Assembly (NCBI GenBank): GCA_964016885.1
Contig: OZ024740.1
Coordinates: forward strand, 292,578,001-292,642,000
Source of the DNA: Eledone cirrhosa
Taxonomy: Eukaryota
Reading direction: 5' to 3'
DNA: 64,000 nt
How positions within the stretch are numbered: position 1 is the first letter of the stretch; each line of letters begins with the position of its first letter. Made by a program: the position numbers and the translations under genes. Of this stretch, positions 14,127 through 27,581 are shown in pieces. The notes beneath the pieces are model-generated. The model had not been told where the DNA came from and searched no databases. It saw nothing but the letters and a program-made list of their open reading frames with translations.

Positions 14127-14383
14127 GCTCGTTAGGCTTGTGCTTATCACGGTTTCGAGGCGTTAAGCGACTAAGAGTACAAGACTTCCCTCTGGACAGG
14201 ACCCCAGTTCATCGCAGGGTTAAACCTCCTGCTATTGATGGTACTCATTTTCAGCTGAGTATACTGGAACAACGTGAAATAGTGTTTTGCTCAAGAGCAT
14301 AACACACATCCTAGTCTAGTAATCGGACCCACGACATTATTATCGTAAGTCCAATATCTTTACCACTAAGCCACACCCCTCCA
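14127..14383 (-). mobile_element. Second tRNA-derived SINE family (CORE/V-like body); related fragments at about 10100-10270(-) and 44915-45012(+)
   Basis: Minus-strand head ggtgtggcttagtggtaaag, then cttgagcaaaacactatttcacgttgttccagtatactcagctgaaaatgagtacc, recurring in the window. Confidence 0.65.
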
Positions 14384-14728
14384 CATCTGTAGATAATAGT
14401 TGAGAAAAAATAGAGGAATTACCCGAAGAGTAGGCAACAATTTATCATTCATCTGAATGGTTGTTGTTTAACTTCAGCTCTGTTTTAATCGAGCATACCT
14501 GTAATTAAAGGTGTACAACTATTGACCATCTTAACATTTTGGGGAGTAAATTATGGTCAAAAGGCTTAAAACATTCATAAAATATAAAAAATAGTCATTA
14601 CAAATGCTTCTCTGCTCTGAGAACATCAAACACTGTCATGGAAACTGTTTAAAAAATTTATGTAGTTTTAATATTTCCTTAAAATAAACTCTGGATATTA
14701 ACAAAAAATTATAGTCAATATTTCTTCA

Positions 14729-15072
14729 CCCTAACTAAATAAGGAAGGATAGGCTAGATAACGTATTCCTAGCCAACCCTAAACTAAATAAGGACAGGCT
14801 AGGTTAGATAACGTATTCCTAGCCAACCTTAAACTAAATAAGGAAAGGCTGGGTTAGATAACGTAGTCCTAGCCAACCTTAAACTAAATAAGGAAAGGCT
14901 AGGTTAGATAACGTAGTCCTAGCCAACCCTAAACTAAATAAGGAAAGGGTGGGTTAGATAACGTAGTCCTATCCAACCTTAAACTAAATAAGGAAAGGCT
15001 GGGTTAGATAACGTAGTCCTAGCCAACCCTAAACTTAATAAGGAAAGGATAGGCTAGATAACGTAGTCCTAA
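14729..15072. repeat. Minisatellite, 50-bp unit, about 7 copies
   Basis: Unit aaactaaataaggaaaggct(a/g)ggttagataacgtagtcctagccaacc(c/t)t repeats at 50-nt spacing. Confidence 0.97.
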
Positions 15073-15604
15073 AATGAAGATGGCATGGCTGACTAAAAAT
15101 AATATTTCAAATTATTCTTGCAATTTAAGAATGCCAGTCATGTTAACTTTCGTTTAAGATTGTTCTCCTTTTCTATATTTGAAAATGATGTTATATAGTA
15201 CCTGGTCAGCCTTCTTTAAACTGGCCTATGGTTAAAGACCGTGTACCTAGGTACAATGAAATGAGGGCTATATTATCCAACGAATTCATCTTTGCTCAGA
15301 TTTGGTTACTTTTTTTTTCTAGAATGTTGAGTAATGCCATAGGGACTCCATCCTTGACTCGTATGTACCAGTCGAGTACTGGAGTTGAAATGTACAGTTG
15401 TTAGCATGGATGGCGTTTAGACCACTATCCAGTTATGTGCATCAAAATCAATTTGGAAAGACCCCTGACAGAACTTTAAAAAATCCAAACTTCATATTTA
15501 TTTTATATAAGCATCTTTGCAATTGTTTCATTTTTTTTCTTCCTATTTCAATATATCATTTTGATTATAGCTAAAACACTTTAGCTTGTAACATATTTTT
15601 ACAG

Positions 15605-15715
15605 GCTGAGTTGACGCTGCAATTCCGTAATGAAACATTACCAAGATATTTAAGCAATTTGGAAAAGGCTTTGAAACTAAATGACGGTGGATCTGGTTAT
15701 TTTGTCGGCGATTCT
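15605..15715 (+). CDS. Sigma-class GST, internal exon
   Basis: ttttacag|GCT...TCT|gtaagt; 111 nt, phase 0/0; AELTLQFRNETLPRYLSNLEKALKLNDGGSGYFVGDS, with the typical sigma NxGGxGyfVGDs motif. Confidence 0.93.
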
Positions 15716-15774
15716 GTAAGTAATTTTTACATAAATGTTAACACCTTTTTATAATTCTGTGTACTATACATATG

Positions 15775-16095
15775 AGGCGGCGAATTGGTAGAGTCGTCAG
15801 AATGATCTGTGGTATTTGTTCTGGCTCTCTGCTCGCCGAGGTCAACTTTGTCTTTCATCCTTTCGAGGTTGATAACAAAAAGTACCAGTCTAGTACTGGG
15901 GTTGATTCTTCCTCTATATCTCTTTCTCATTTCCTCTCGCTCTCACTTTCTGTCTTTCTCTTGAAGAAATCTGCTGAACTCGGATCTGGAGAGGGATGGG
16001 CTTGCCAGGCTTAAAATGCTCGAGAAACGCTGTATGTCAATACGGCACCCCTACGACTCTATCAGGAGTTACGGGGCCATACGTACATACATACT
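15775..16095 (+). mobile_element. Deu/Nin-like-core SINE with alternative tail type 2; other copies at about 1500-1670, 10990-11310, 21434-21750(+), 44700-44868(-)
   Basis: Same head and core as 7246-7465, then (CT)n-gaagaaatctgctg...cagacctgga...ccctacgactct.tcaggagttacggg. Confidence 0.8.
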
Positions 16096-16980
16096 ACATA
16101 TGGATATACTAAATATAGGCAGAGGTTTTTCCGAGATGCATGTTCTTTAATAAGAGTGTATAGGATTTTCGTGACATTGACACTACCCTCTTTGTTTCTG
16201 TATCTGTTTCTTCACTTCCCACTGTCTTAATTGATGTGTCTCCCGATTATCTTTAGGGGTTATATTTCTTAATATTTAAATGTCCTTTGATTGCACATAA
16301 ATTCGAAACCTTTGTTTCCAAGGAAAAGTTTCAATAGTCTAATAATATAACTAACTTTATCATTATTAAGCTGGTATTTCGAACAAAAAAAACTGTCATA
16401 AAATTAGTGGTGCTTTCAGGCTGTTTGGTATCAAAAGTGTTAAGGTAGTTCATACATTAGTTAGTGGTTAAGTATCCAAGACAATTATAGTTATTAATGT
16501 GGCGTGGTAAATAAATATATACATATACACCAGGTCCGAACTCCATGGAACCAAACTCCCACTGTTGCAATTATAAGCAAATGGGGGGCCATGCGCTGAC
16601 CGGCCCCGGCGGATGATGAGGAAGACGCGCTGGAAGACCATTCCAGCTCGCGAGGCTAATCAACCATAAATTCCTGAATTATTTGTTAGAAATATATCAC
16701 GAATATGAGTTTAAGTTCAGGCTGAAAGCCATATAAGTGTAAAATAAAATATAGGAAGAATATTAAAAGATATAATGATCGAAACGATGTGTAGAAAATC
16801 GATATAAAAGCTGGTGTTAATAATATAGGAAACTAACTACATTTGTAATTATAACTCATCTCGGAAACAATGGTTTAACAAAAAAAAAACCTGTTTGGCA
16901 TCTCTTTAACTCTTGCTAAACATTTTGTCTTTTACTTTAACAATATTCTTATGCATTTTTTATTTTTGTATTTTTTACAG

Positions 16981-17145
16981 TTAACATGGGCAGATTTGCA
17001 AGCTTTCCATATATTAGATATAACACTTGGTGATGATAGTGAGATCCTTAAGAAGTACCCCATGCTGGAAGGCTTGAGACAGCGGATTGAGAACTTGCCG
17101 CGCATTTCAAGTTACCTACAGACCCGCCCTCCAAGCAAAGTATAG
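16981..17145 (+). CDS. Sigma-class GST, last coding exon
   Basis: ttttttacag|TTA...TAG; LTWADLQAFHILDITLGDDSEILKKYPMLEGLRQRIENLPRISSYLQTRPPSKV*; N-capping TxAD motif and RP C-terminus; a possible AATAAA lies at 18215-18220. Confidence 0.94.
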   Translation, partial: LTWADLQAFHILDITLGDDSEILKKYPMLEGLRQRIENLPRISSYLQTRPPSKV

Positions 17146-18774
17146 ATTCTAGAGATGAAATCTCTAGAGAATATGGAACGATGATTTAGAAAGAAAGAAA
17201 TTTTCCTTTCATAATTTTTTTTTTTTTACTTGCTCACTTACCATGTCTTTTGTTCACCCCTCTCACCATTTAATGATAATTGTTCATTAAAGAAAGATTA
17301 GAACTATCACATGAATCTGTTTTACAGAAACTGTTACAGTTTTTATGTATATTATTAGGATTTAAATTTCTATCTCTTAAATTGTATTAAGTTTAATTTC
17401 ATTATAGTACAAACAAAAAAAACGGGTTTTTTTCCTGTACTGTAAATTTTTGTGCTGAAATTCTTGGACTTTGTGTACTACAAAGCAAGTATTCGTACTT
17501 ATTTTTATATACCTGATGAGACCGTGTAATCAGATTTAATAACAGTAAAACCTTAGCTTCAGACACACGCTGTTATCCATTTTAGCATCCTACTTTAAGT
17601 AACTCCCTTACCTTTTGAAATTCTGGCAAATTTGATATTTCTATCTGAAGCAAAAACATCTAACATTATATTAAACAGTGGATTAACAATTTCCAAATTG
17701 ATTGATACGACTGATAGTTGGAAAATCTTTTATTACCTTACATCAGCCATTTAAAACTTTTTTTTATAAACAAATAATGTAAACTCAGAAAATATAATCG
17801 AAACACTAACTTTGAGGAGGATTTCCGTTAGCTGTGAAATATAAATATTTCAGAAGGATCTCTGCGTTGGTTTCACAATAATACAAGATTAATACCGCAG
17901 TTGTGTGACTATATGTGTGTGTGTGTTTAGTATTATTGTTGTTGTTGTTTTTTTTCTTCTAAAATGTTTATAAATTTGTAAATGAACAAAAATCAAAGCA
18001 GTAATTTGAAAGACTTGAGTAAATGTTCGTGTATGCTTAGATACGTGTGAGATTAAAATTGACTAGTAACGGGTAGATATTTTATGTAAATATATATTGT
18101 GAAAACTGCAGTATTTGATTAAACAATAGTTACCTTGAAAGACTTAAGGAATATAGGAAATTTTTTTGTTTGATATTTGTATATATATTTGTGTGTGTGT
18201 GTGTGTGTGTGTGTAATAAATGTGACAAATGAAGTCTGGCTGTCTGAACCGAGACTATCCTCGCCATTTCAAGTTGGGCACTCCCTTTAGATCTGATCGG
18301 TCATCGCAGCAAGCAAGGGAATCACTCCTATAGCCTTGGCTGGTTTAAGCTTTTTCAGACAACGCAGTGGGCGTAGACGTTGTCTATAAGCCAACTTGGT
18401 GAAAGCGATGGACAAGTTTCATCTTATTTCCCCTTGGAAATATGGACTAAAGATGGCCTGGTAAAGGTAAAGAAATAATGTCATGTACGTCAACAAAGTG
18501 TGAGGCGAAAATGCCCGAGGGGAGTGCTCTGCATAAAGTATATATATAAATAGAATTTCACTATTTGATTATGGTGAGGAGGGGATGCTTCAATCAACCG
18601 AGACTATACTTACAATTTTAAGCCCCAAATCCCCTTTAGGTTGCGAAGCAAGTAAGGGAGATAACTATTATAGCCTTGGATGATTTAAGCTTTTTAAGAC
18701 ATTGCAGTGGGAGTGGACCTTATATAAAGTATGTGTGTATTTGTATGTTTACATGTAATTTTGTCTATGCATGC

Positions 18775-18812
<38 letters not shown>

Positions 18813-20039
18813 TTATTAGGTGGGTAACTTGTGGTTACTAGCGGCGACGCTGGTCGAAACACTCGATGCTGTTACTCTGTCCGTCTCTCGTTAGGTAGTG
18901 CTCCTGGTTTGAGGCGGCTGTAATTTGCTGAGTGTATATAAAGTGACAATAACAATTGCAGCTTTTTGTAAACTTTATTACATATTACGATTTGTTTGGA
19001 AACAAATTGTAATATGTAATAGTTTTCAAAAAGCTGCAACTCTTATTGTCACTTTAAATAATTTGTTTGTGTATGTATGCATATATATGGAATTAGATTT
19101 CGCCGTATTTTTTTTACTAGAGAAAATAGTCTGACAGGGCATATAAGCCCCCTGAACAGGAAAAAATGGGTACAATTATATAATGTATGTTGCGATTGTA
19201 TAGGGTGTTGACAAAAAATGTATACACACTTCAACAAAAAAATAATCGAATTGTGTATACATTTTTTGGGGTACACCCTGTATATGCATATGAGAGTTAA
19301 AGGTGTAAATAACTTGAAACAAAGCAATTATAAATCTGTAACGCTTGTTTCATTTTTTTAAGGCGGAGTTCCCACATGGCCTTTGCTAAGATGGCTAAAA
19401 CCAACTAAAATACACTTCAATAATTAATTATAAACTTATAATAGTCCACTTCCCCTTGTTTTATGCCAAGACAAAAACAAAACATGTTTAAAGTTATATT
19501 AATCTAATACCAAATAGTTTCAAATATTCTTGTTCTATTCAAATCACTTTCAAAAATTTATTATAGAAAATTATGCTTAATTTAAAAATCTATATACTAC
19601 CATACAATATATAATAACATATAGTAATATAACTCAATGTTGCGAAAGATATGATAGTCATATCTCGATAGTGTATTGTGGTGAAATTGGGAGAAAAAAA
19701 AACAACTGACAACTTTGAGTAGCCATCATTTTTTCTTATTTATTGTTGAAATCTGTCTGTGTGTATTTCTGTACTCTGGACATAATTTTGTTGTGAATTG
19801 GCATAATAACAATAAAAAAGGCAATTTTTGTCATTTTTCGCATAATATTTCTTTATCCCTCCAAATATTATAATGGAGATTTATTTTTTACGTATGTGTA
19901 ATGATAATGTATTTTCTCTTGTATTTATTCCTCAATCATCCTTCTAATTAGTCATATTTTAATGTTTTAATTTTGAATAATCAGTTTTAAAATAAATATA
20001 TATAATGATCTATGTTAAAGATTGTTATTTTATTTACTA

Positions 20040-20520
20040 TTTTTATTTTTCCATTTCATTTCAAAATACAATTTTATTTTTAATAAATCAATTCAAAGTT
20101 GTATAAACATTACAAATATTGATGGAAATATGAATAAAAAAGAAAAAAGGATAAAGACAAAAACCAAGCAAGGAACAGAGGGAGGAAGGGGTAAAGAAGA
20201 GCAGATCTGACTGTATAGGAAAGGGCTATAATTTGCCACAAATGAGAGGAAACAGAAGGGGTAGCTAAGGCCACAGAAGATAGGGGGAATGGGGAGAGAA
20301 TGATAGGCTCTATGTCTAGGGCGCGGAGGTGTTTCGGCTGCGCCCCTCGGACAAAACTGCAAAGGCATTTCTGCGGACAATGGCCAGCGACACTCACTAC
20401 AACAGCCACCCCACCTCGTGGGGTTCCTTCCTTAGACGGGCTGCTGACGTTCCAATTTTACGGAGGAGCTCGGCGGTCCGAGGACGCTGGTGGTCTCGAC
20501 AGCGGCTTGACGCGGGGAAA
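20040..20520 (-). mobile_element. CRE-like non-LTR retrotransposon 3' fragment (RLE tail plus 3' UTR)
   Basis: Similar to 34100-34555; shares gtttcggctgc.cc and gacgttcc.attttacgga plus a purine-rich (+ strand) UTR. Confidence 0.5.
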
Positions 20521-22429
20521 TTATGGAGAAGATAAATAACATTTTGTTTGAGAGAAACCACTGACGTTTTTCTCAAATCTTTACAAATATTTTATATCTA
20601 TTATATGTACGAAGCCGTAAATACTGGTGGAGTCGAAAGGACGTTGTCGTGACGTACGGCATATCTAGGGTACTTTAAACCTGGCGGATACCCTCCCCTC
20701 ATCAGGTCTGAACACAGTCGGTTTCTTCCAGAAAAAGAGATAGACAGTGAGAGAGCAGAAGGGAGAAAGTGAACGTTATTTGAAATTCTCAATTATAAAC
20801 AATGTAAGAAAAAGAAACTAGCTTCCAGTGGTGAGAACCATCTGATGTCTACTTACAAAAATAACTGTAAATACCATTTTTAGTAAAGATATTACGATGG
20901 GACATGTTTTTCCTCAATCACGAAATAGATACATTAATGTTCTAAGATAAATTTTAATTTATTTTAATACAAAAATTTGAAATATATACAAACATGATGA
21001 AATGGAAAAGCTTTCTTTAAAAGGGTTTGCAAGCATTATTTAAAAAAATGCCTTCGATCCAACGAGGAGGCCTTCACATGGTCACTCGGTTATTTAAAAA
21101 AATGTCTTCGCTCTGTTTGCAGCCAAATCTATTTCAAATTCTACTTTATCGTCTTACAATAACGGGGAAAATAATCTTGGATGTAATGTACCAGAAAATA
21201 AAATGGTAGGATCATAACTTGAATATTGTCCAACAATTGAGGTTCGCCAAAGAAATATTTTCTTATGTGTGGATGGCACAAAGAAAAGACGGTAATGACT
21301 GCAAAAAGTAACCCCTAAAAGGTTTTTCCAAAGTACTCATACAAAAACAATTAAACATTTCACGTACACACAGAGCAGAGTAACACTAAGTGATGAAAAT
21401 ATTAAATGCCGTTATCTCCCTCTCCCTCTCCAAGGCGGCAAATTGGCAGAGTTGTTCGAATGTCGGATAGAATGCTTTGCAGTATTCGTTTCGACTCTCT
21501 GCTCTCTGAGTTCAAATCCCACCGAGGTTAACTTTGCCTTTCATATTTTCGAGGTCGATGGTTCCAATCAAGTACTGGGGTCAATATAGAAGAAGCTCTA
21601 TATTTCTTTCTCACGCTCTCTCTATCCCTCTCTGGAAGAAATCTGTTGTATTCAGACCTAGAATGATGGACTCCGCCAAGTCTTAGAATGCCCTAGAAAC
21701 GTCATATGTCAATATGGCGCCCCTACGACTCTCTCAGGAGTTACGGGACCATTCATGCTATGCATCTCCGTTTCCAAGATCACAGTTCCATATATTTAGC
21801 AAACCCTAATGCTTCAAATTGAAATAAACCTAGTAAACAATACTAGAATACAAAATTAATGGAATAAAATAACACATTCATAGAAATCAGATTTCATTAA
21901 TACATCACAATCAAGAAAACATTTTTACAACCTCAATACAGGACAGCTATTATCCTAAATTGCAATCCTGTAATGTTAAAAAAATCATATCACCTTGGAA
22001 AAAGCCTCATAACATCAATAACGGACCTGGTGTGTATGTGTGACTGATTTATTTGTCAGATAATTATTTTTCGTTTGTTTATTGTTAATGATTAAACTGT
22101 TATGGTTTAAACAACATCGTAGGCAAAGTTGAAACTATGTAGGAGGATTGGTGTCAATCTTAGAAGCCGTTGACATTTACTGTGCTAGAAAGCTGAGAAA
22201 CTAGAAGTGATTATGGTGTAGCTTATTTATTACTTGACCAGTTTAGAAACAAAGCAATAACAACAGCTGTAGCATCAATAAAATCCTACATCCAGTACCA
22301 CTAATGATATTCACAAACTAATAGAGATCGCAATAGAAATGCAATAATTAAAAAAAGAACAATAATACGAAGCAATCTAACATAATAAATATATATAATC
22401 AAAGAAGCAATAGAGATATCTAAACTCAA

Positions 22430-23290
22430 GTATTGGGGTCAGATAAAATCACAAACACATTTTCTAGATCCTGCACTCATCTGCAACTACTCGCATCAAC
22501 ACTTCCAAATTCTCAAGCTGAGCAAGATCATAACAATTCCAAAGCCTACTAAAGACCGCAAACACTACACAGACAGATCACACACCTGTACAAACCACAA
22601 GCACCACATACATGTACAAACCGCAAGCACCACACAGACATATCGCACCCTGCGTATATCTTCAAACATTTTAGAAACTTAATCTTTCATACCACTAACC
22701 CCCGTACCCCGGCTTTCGAAATTCTACTATAGATATAGATCACTACACTCAAACACCAAAATATTCAGAAACAACTGCCCCTACATTCCATTCTAACTAC
22801 CAGCCACATAAGCAAAACCTTCGTTTCACTTCTCCGTTTATTTACAAAGCTTGGTAAAACCTGAGAAATATCGGGAATGTCACCAAGCCTATACCAAGTA
22901 CAATAACGACACACGCCATTTGCAATTTTCTCAATTGAGAAAAACAGATCGAACCTATCACCTATACATTTCAGCATTTACCAATACGACCTTCTCACAC
23001 TTTTTCAACAAATTTTTCCTCATACGCAGATGACTTCCTGCTAACAGCGTCCTACTATTTTTTAGTCATTAACTGCTTAGAAATTTGATATAAATTCAAT
23101 GTTTAAAATAGCCCTATCAAATCTACTGTCTCTTTTATTGCCAGGATGGCCAAACCAAACATCTGTCATCAAGATAAACATACAATAAACAAGATAAAAC
23201 TACTCAGAGTTACATACATTTTCTTCGCCACACTTTAAAACGAAAGTAAAACGACGCAGAAACTCAGTAAAAGCAATACAGGTAACATAT
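22430..23290 (+). mobile_element. Highly degenerate LINE reverse-transcriptase remnant
   Basis: SYADDF encoded at about 23020-23037, an LSP..F..Y-like motif upstream, and an IPKPxK-like motif at about 22535; many stops. Confidence 0.4.
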
Positions 23291-23679
23291 TTAACCAGCA
23301 GAAAAGATACAAATAATAGTTTCTGATTTAGGCACAAGACCAACAATTTTAGGGGGAAAGGGAAAGTTGATTATATTGACCCCAGTGCATTATTGCTACT
23401 TTATTTTATCGACCCCCGTAAGGATGAAAGGCAAAGATAACCTCGGTGGGATTTGAACTCAGAACGTAAAGGACCATAATTCTATGCCGTGAAGCATGTT
23501 GACCGACGCTCTACCGATTCTGCTAAACCACCGCTCTAGAGAGGATATATATAATACATTGGATATATCATTGACTATACTAGTCCTGTCTGGGCAGCTC
23601 AGGTCTCCACAGCAAACGATAAATACACAAAATATCACAAGTTACATACAGACGATCTACACAATATACTTAATACCCA

Positions 23680-24468
23680 CTTTGTTGAAACTATATGTGA
23701 GCTTTAAAATCATGTTTTAAGTCTATTAATTCTTCAAGTAGATTAAAATGATTAACGTGTGGATTAGAAAGAAATGGTTCATATTATGATTTAAGTTGGG
23801 TACAACATATCAAGTCCTATAATAGTTGCTTTTATTTGTATAACCGGAAATACTGAATAACACGTCTTGTAATGTTACTTTTGTAAAATGTTATTTTGAG
23901 GACAAAAGAATTTATAGATTCTTTAGCTTTAATGAAGGTCATATTATTTCCTTGCGATTTGTTGTTCATCTCATTTAGTTTCTAGATATCAGAGAACTCC
24001 CAGAGAAATGTCACTTCGTTTTCTTTTGTTACTGCATTAAACATTTTCTCTTCATAAAACTTTAAAAATCCCCAAAACAGTATCGTACAGATCATAAAAC
24101 ATAATGACAACATTTCCCAAAAAATGCATCTATTCATCCAATTTTCAAAACATTGTGAAAAGTTTTATGTAGTCTACTTGCTGCGATACTTTACAGTTAA
24201 ATATTACCAGTGATATAGCAGTGAATCGTAAAGATATTTGGAATTGCTTATTTTAAATGTTGGATAGATGCTGGATGGCAACCAATCATAGTAGGTACTC
24301 CATCAGTTGCCAATGCAATAACATTTGTGAGATGAATATTTTTATCGTTAAAAATCTGATCGACTATTCTTTTGTGTCAGTTTTTAAATGTTCGGTAAAT
24401 AGAAAGTCTTTTATAACTTCATGATTTGTATTTGAATAAGGCATGAAGGTCAGTAGGAGTGCCCTATG
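23680..24468 (-). mobile_element. hAT (Charlie/Buster-type) transposase fossil, downstream half
   Basis: Minus translation ALLLTFMPY...IKDFLFTEHLKTDT...NIHLTNVIALATDGVPTMIGCH...IFTIHC (the TDGAxxMxG and HC motifs). Confidence 0.75.
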
Positions 24469-24470
24469 CA

Positions 24471-25057
24471 TGTGACTGGGGGTTACGCTGAAGCAGGTAA
24501 AGAAGTCCAAGTATCTCAGAGACGTTTTCACGAGTGATGGAAAGCATGAGGCTGAATTAAATGCAAGAATTACAGGAGCTGGTGCAGTAATGCCTCAGCT
24601 TCAGCACTCGGTCATCAGAAAAAGAGAAGTAAGTGGAAAAAATAAACTCGCTATCTTTAATTCTTTGTTCGTGCCAACCCTAACTTATGTCAAGAATATT
24701 GCGTAATGACCGAAACAATACGGTAGTGAACACGAGCGGCCGAAATGGATTTCCTCCGACGGGTGTTTGGAGTAAGGTCGCTCGATAGGTCACACCTTTG
24801 AGAACCACTACTTTGCCAAATCGGGAGATCACAACTTTGATACAATGGACATGTGGTTAGAATATCTAAGGAAAGATTTGCTGGACAGATTTGACAGGCA
24901 AAACCAACCGGCAGGCAACCGAGGGATCGACCTCGAGCAAAATGGCTGGATAACATTCATGAGCTTAGCTGGTCTCGCTTGAGATCCATCCAGATCAATT
25001 CGAAATGGTTGCTTTTGAAAAGCATGTTTGAGGAGTCTGCTCCCACAACCTTCCCTG
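24471..25057 (+). mobile_element. RTE-clade (Expander/Rex3-like) LINE 3' fragment ending at (TAA)n
   Basis: LKQVKKSKYL..FTSDGKHEAELNARITGAGAVM...KLAIFNSLFVPTLTY...GHVVR...PRAKWLD. Confidence 0.75.
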
Positions 25058-27300
25058 TAATAATAATAATAATAATAATAATGGTTTCTTTATTGGCCAC
25101 AAGGGCTAACATGAAGAAAAATATTACAGACGGCACAGAACGGTACAGGACGATACAAAGTGGGTTTTGGCCGTGTAAAAAGGTTACAACAAGATAGAAA
25201 TCAAACAAATTCAAACAACAAAGATTCCCCAAAAAGGGGGAAACCTACGAGGCTCACACGTGGCGAAAACCACACAAAAGACCACGGCCACCCTGACCAC
25301 CAGGGCAAGCGCCCTCTCTTAGTTTTCCCACTCCTCAGTCTACAGGCGTATACTCAGAGCGAGCCCGTTCACTCGGACCAGACTCGCAACTTTCACCCAC
25401 CTTTCAACAAACTTACTAGAAGACAGCTCTTGCCTCTCAGCGCTGATTTTCATCTTCAAGTGAAACTTGAAAAAGTTAATCAGGGATTGGCCGGAGAGGA
25501 AAGTGTCCGTCTTCAACCCTTTCAACCTTGTCCACCACACAATCTCTTTCGCCATGGCCACCAGGCAGATGAAAACTGCCTGCCCTTCCTATTCTTTAAA
25601 GGAGGATGGCGGGGCTATCTGAACAATGGACTCAGTCGATAACCGGATCGGTCCTACACGCGACAGCAATTGTTCGACATAACTCCACAAGTCAGCAATC
25701 CTCGGGCACTGAACGAGTGCGTGCAGGACAGTTTCGTCGCCCTACGCGCATCTCGGACAGGCTCGGCTGACAGCACCTCCATGCCTATAGAACTTATCCC
25801 GAACCGGCAACGCTCCCCGGTAGCACTGCCAGGCCAGGGATTTCTGGAAGTTGTCTGTAGGCACCGGGCTGAAAGTTCCCTTGAAGAGAGCGAACAGCTG
25901 ATCGTATACGACGTCCACGGTCTCCGCGAGAACGTCGTCGCTCTTCCCCTCCACTAGCCGTCTATAAAACACCGAGGTGGATGTTCCACCGATACTAGTG
26001 CCCAGCTGGTAGAGGGTGGTGAGCGCTTGGAGACATTGCAGCTTCCAAGAGCTATCCCTCGGTCTTTATCTGATCCAGGACTGCAGCTCCGTCAAGGAGA
26101 CGAGCTGGGGTAAAGCGCGTCTGGCAAACGGCGACCGTCAAGGAAGCACCAGAGATGTCGCAGCCTCAGCGTATGTTTGCGCATCATCAGCCACGGCATG
26201 CCCAGTCCTCCACGCAGCGGGTGTTGACAGCAGAGGGATCGTCTGACCATGGGAGCACGTCCCTTCCACAAAAAGCGGAAGAGAGGGCAATTTTTTTCCC
26301 CGCATTAAACCGGGACTAACGTTATATCATCACTCCGTAGGGTCCTCGGTGAGTGCGATTTTGCTTCCTGGGTGGTAGCAAAAAGGACGTCCATGGTAGC
26401 ATATTTCTTGCCACGGGTGATGTGGGTTTTCCGTGCCCACACAATTCCCAAGGCCTTCTGGATTTGGGCCTCCGAGGCTCTCTCCACACGACTTTATTTC
26501 ATGGCAATTGTGTAGTATGACATTGTGCGTCGCTCTTGATCCTCCAGGAAGTCGGTTGGTGGTTTCAAGGACACTGAAAATTCAGTTCTGGTTACCATGT
26601 GTCTTGCGACCACCAGCTCCTCCTCTGTGATCAGGACTGTTTCTACGTTGCGAGCCACCTTTGCAAAAGAGATGGTCCCTTTTTCAGTGGCCACCACTAC
26701 TGCTGCTACTGGTCTTGTTTTGGTGCTGTTGTTGTTGCTACTGCTACAAACGGTGTTGGTGTTGTTGCTGCTGCTGCTACTACTACTGCTACCACAGGTG
26801 TTATTGTTGTTACTGCTGCTGCTGCTGCTACCTCCTTTGTTGTCAAATGCATCAGCAGCAGCCGCTTCTAACCGCCGCTTGATGAAGAGGAGAATGAAAT
26901 GGCCTTTGCCTGACTTTCACTATGTGACGACGAAGAAGACGAAAAGGAAAGTGAGACTTCACGCTGACAACTTGGTGAAGAAAGGAATTGTTGTGAGCGA
27001 AGACAAGGTAGAGAATGATAGCTTGGTGAAGGAGTAATTTTTGTGTGGAGACATGGTAGAGAAACGGATTTTTTGAATGACGCCATTTTTCTTTTTTTTT
27101 TGTGGGCGTATTTGCTAAATGCAAAGTTCAAATTAGAATTTAGCCCCGAAGGGCTAAATACCGTTTTATTTCGACCACCTCAAAAGAAGCGGGGTGTGTT
27201 TAAATACAAAACAATATAAATCTTTACAATAAGTTTGCAATAAAATCTTCAAAAATCACAAACTTACGGGAGCAAATTTTTCCTGCGACCTGTATATTTC
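25058..27300 (-). mobile_element. Tx1/L1-type LINE copy A, internally deleted (5' UTR and ORF1 start joined to the ORF2 3' end at about 26290)
   Basis: ORF1 piece ERASEAQIQKALGIVWARKT matches copy B; ORF2 pieces RGALPVRDK..RACPRC and KEIVWWTR; 3' end ccttgtggccaataaagaaacc(att)n. Confidence 0.88.
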
Positions 27301-27301
27301 C

Positions 27302-27332
<31 letters not shown>

Positions 27333-27581
27333 TTTCTTTATTAACCACAAGGGTTTACATAAAGTAGACATTAAGGTCAGTGCAGGACAATACAGGACGG
27401 TACAAATGGGCATTTCTGCGTGTAAAAAACAAAAACAGAGGATGTAACAAAAAAATAACAATGAAAAATTCCCCAATAGGGGGGAGACTTCGGAGGGACA
27501 TTTGTGGAGAAAGCCCAGTGAAAGGCCACAGTGACCCTGACCACCAAGGCAAGTGCCCTCTCCCAGTTTTCCACCTTTAAT

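Noticed and set aside
26597-27037. Poly-Leu/poly-Cys ORFs on the + strand (also 31321-31813 and 32504-32767)
   Set aside because: Antisense translations of low-complexity LINE ORF1 sequence
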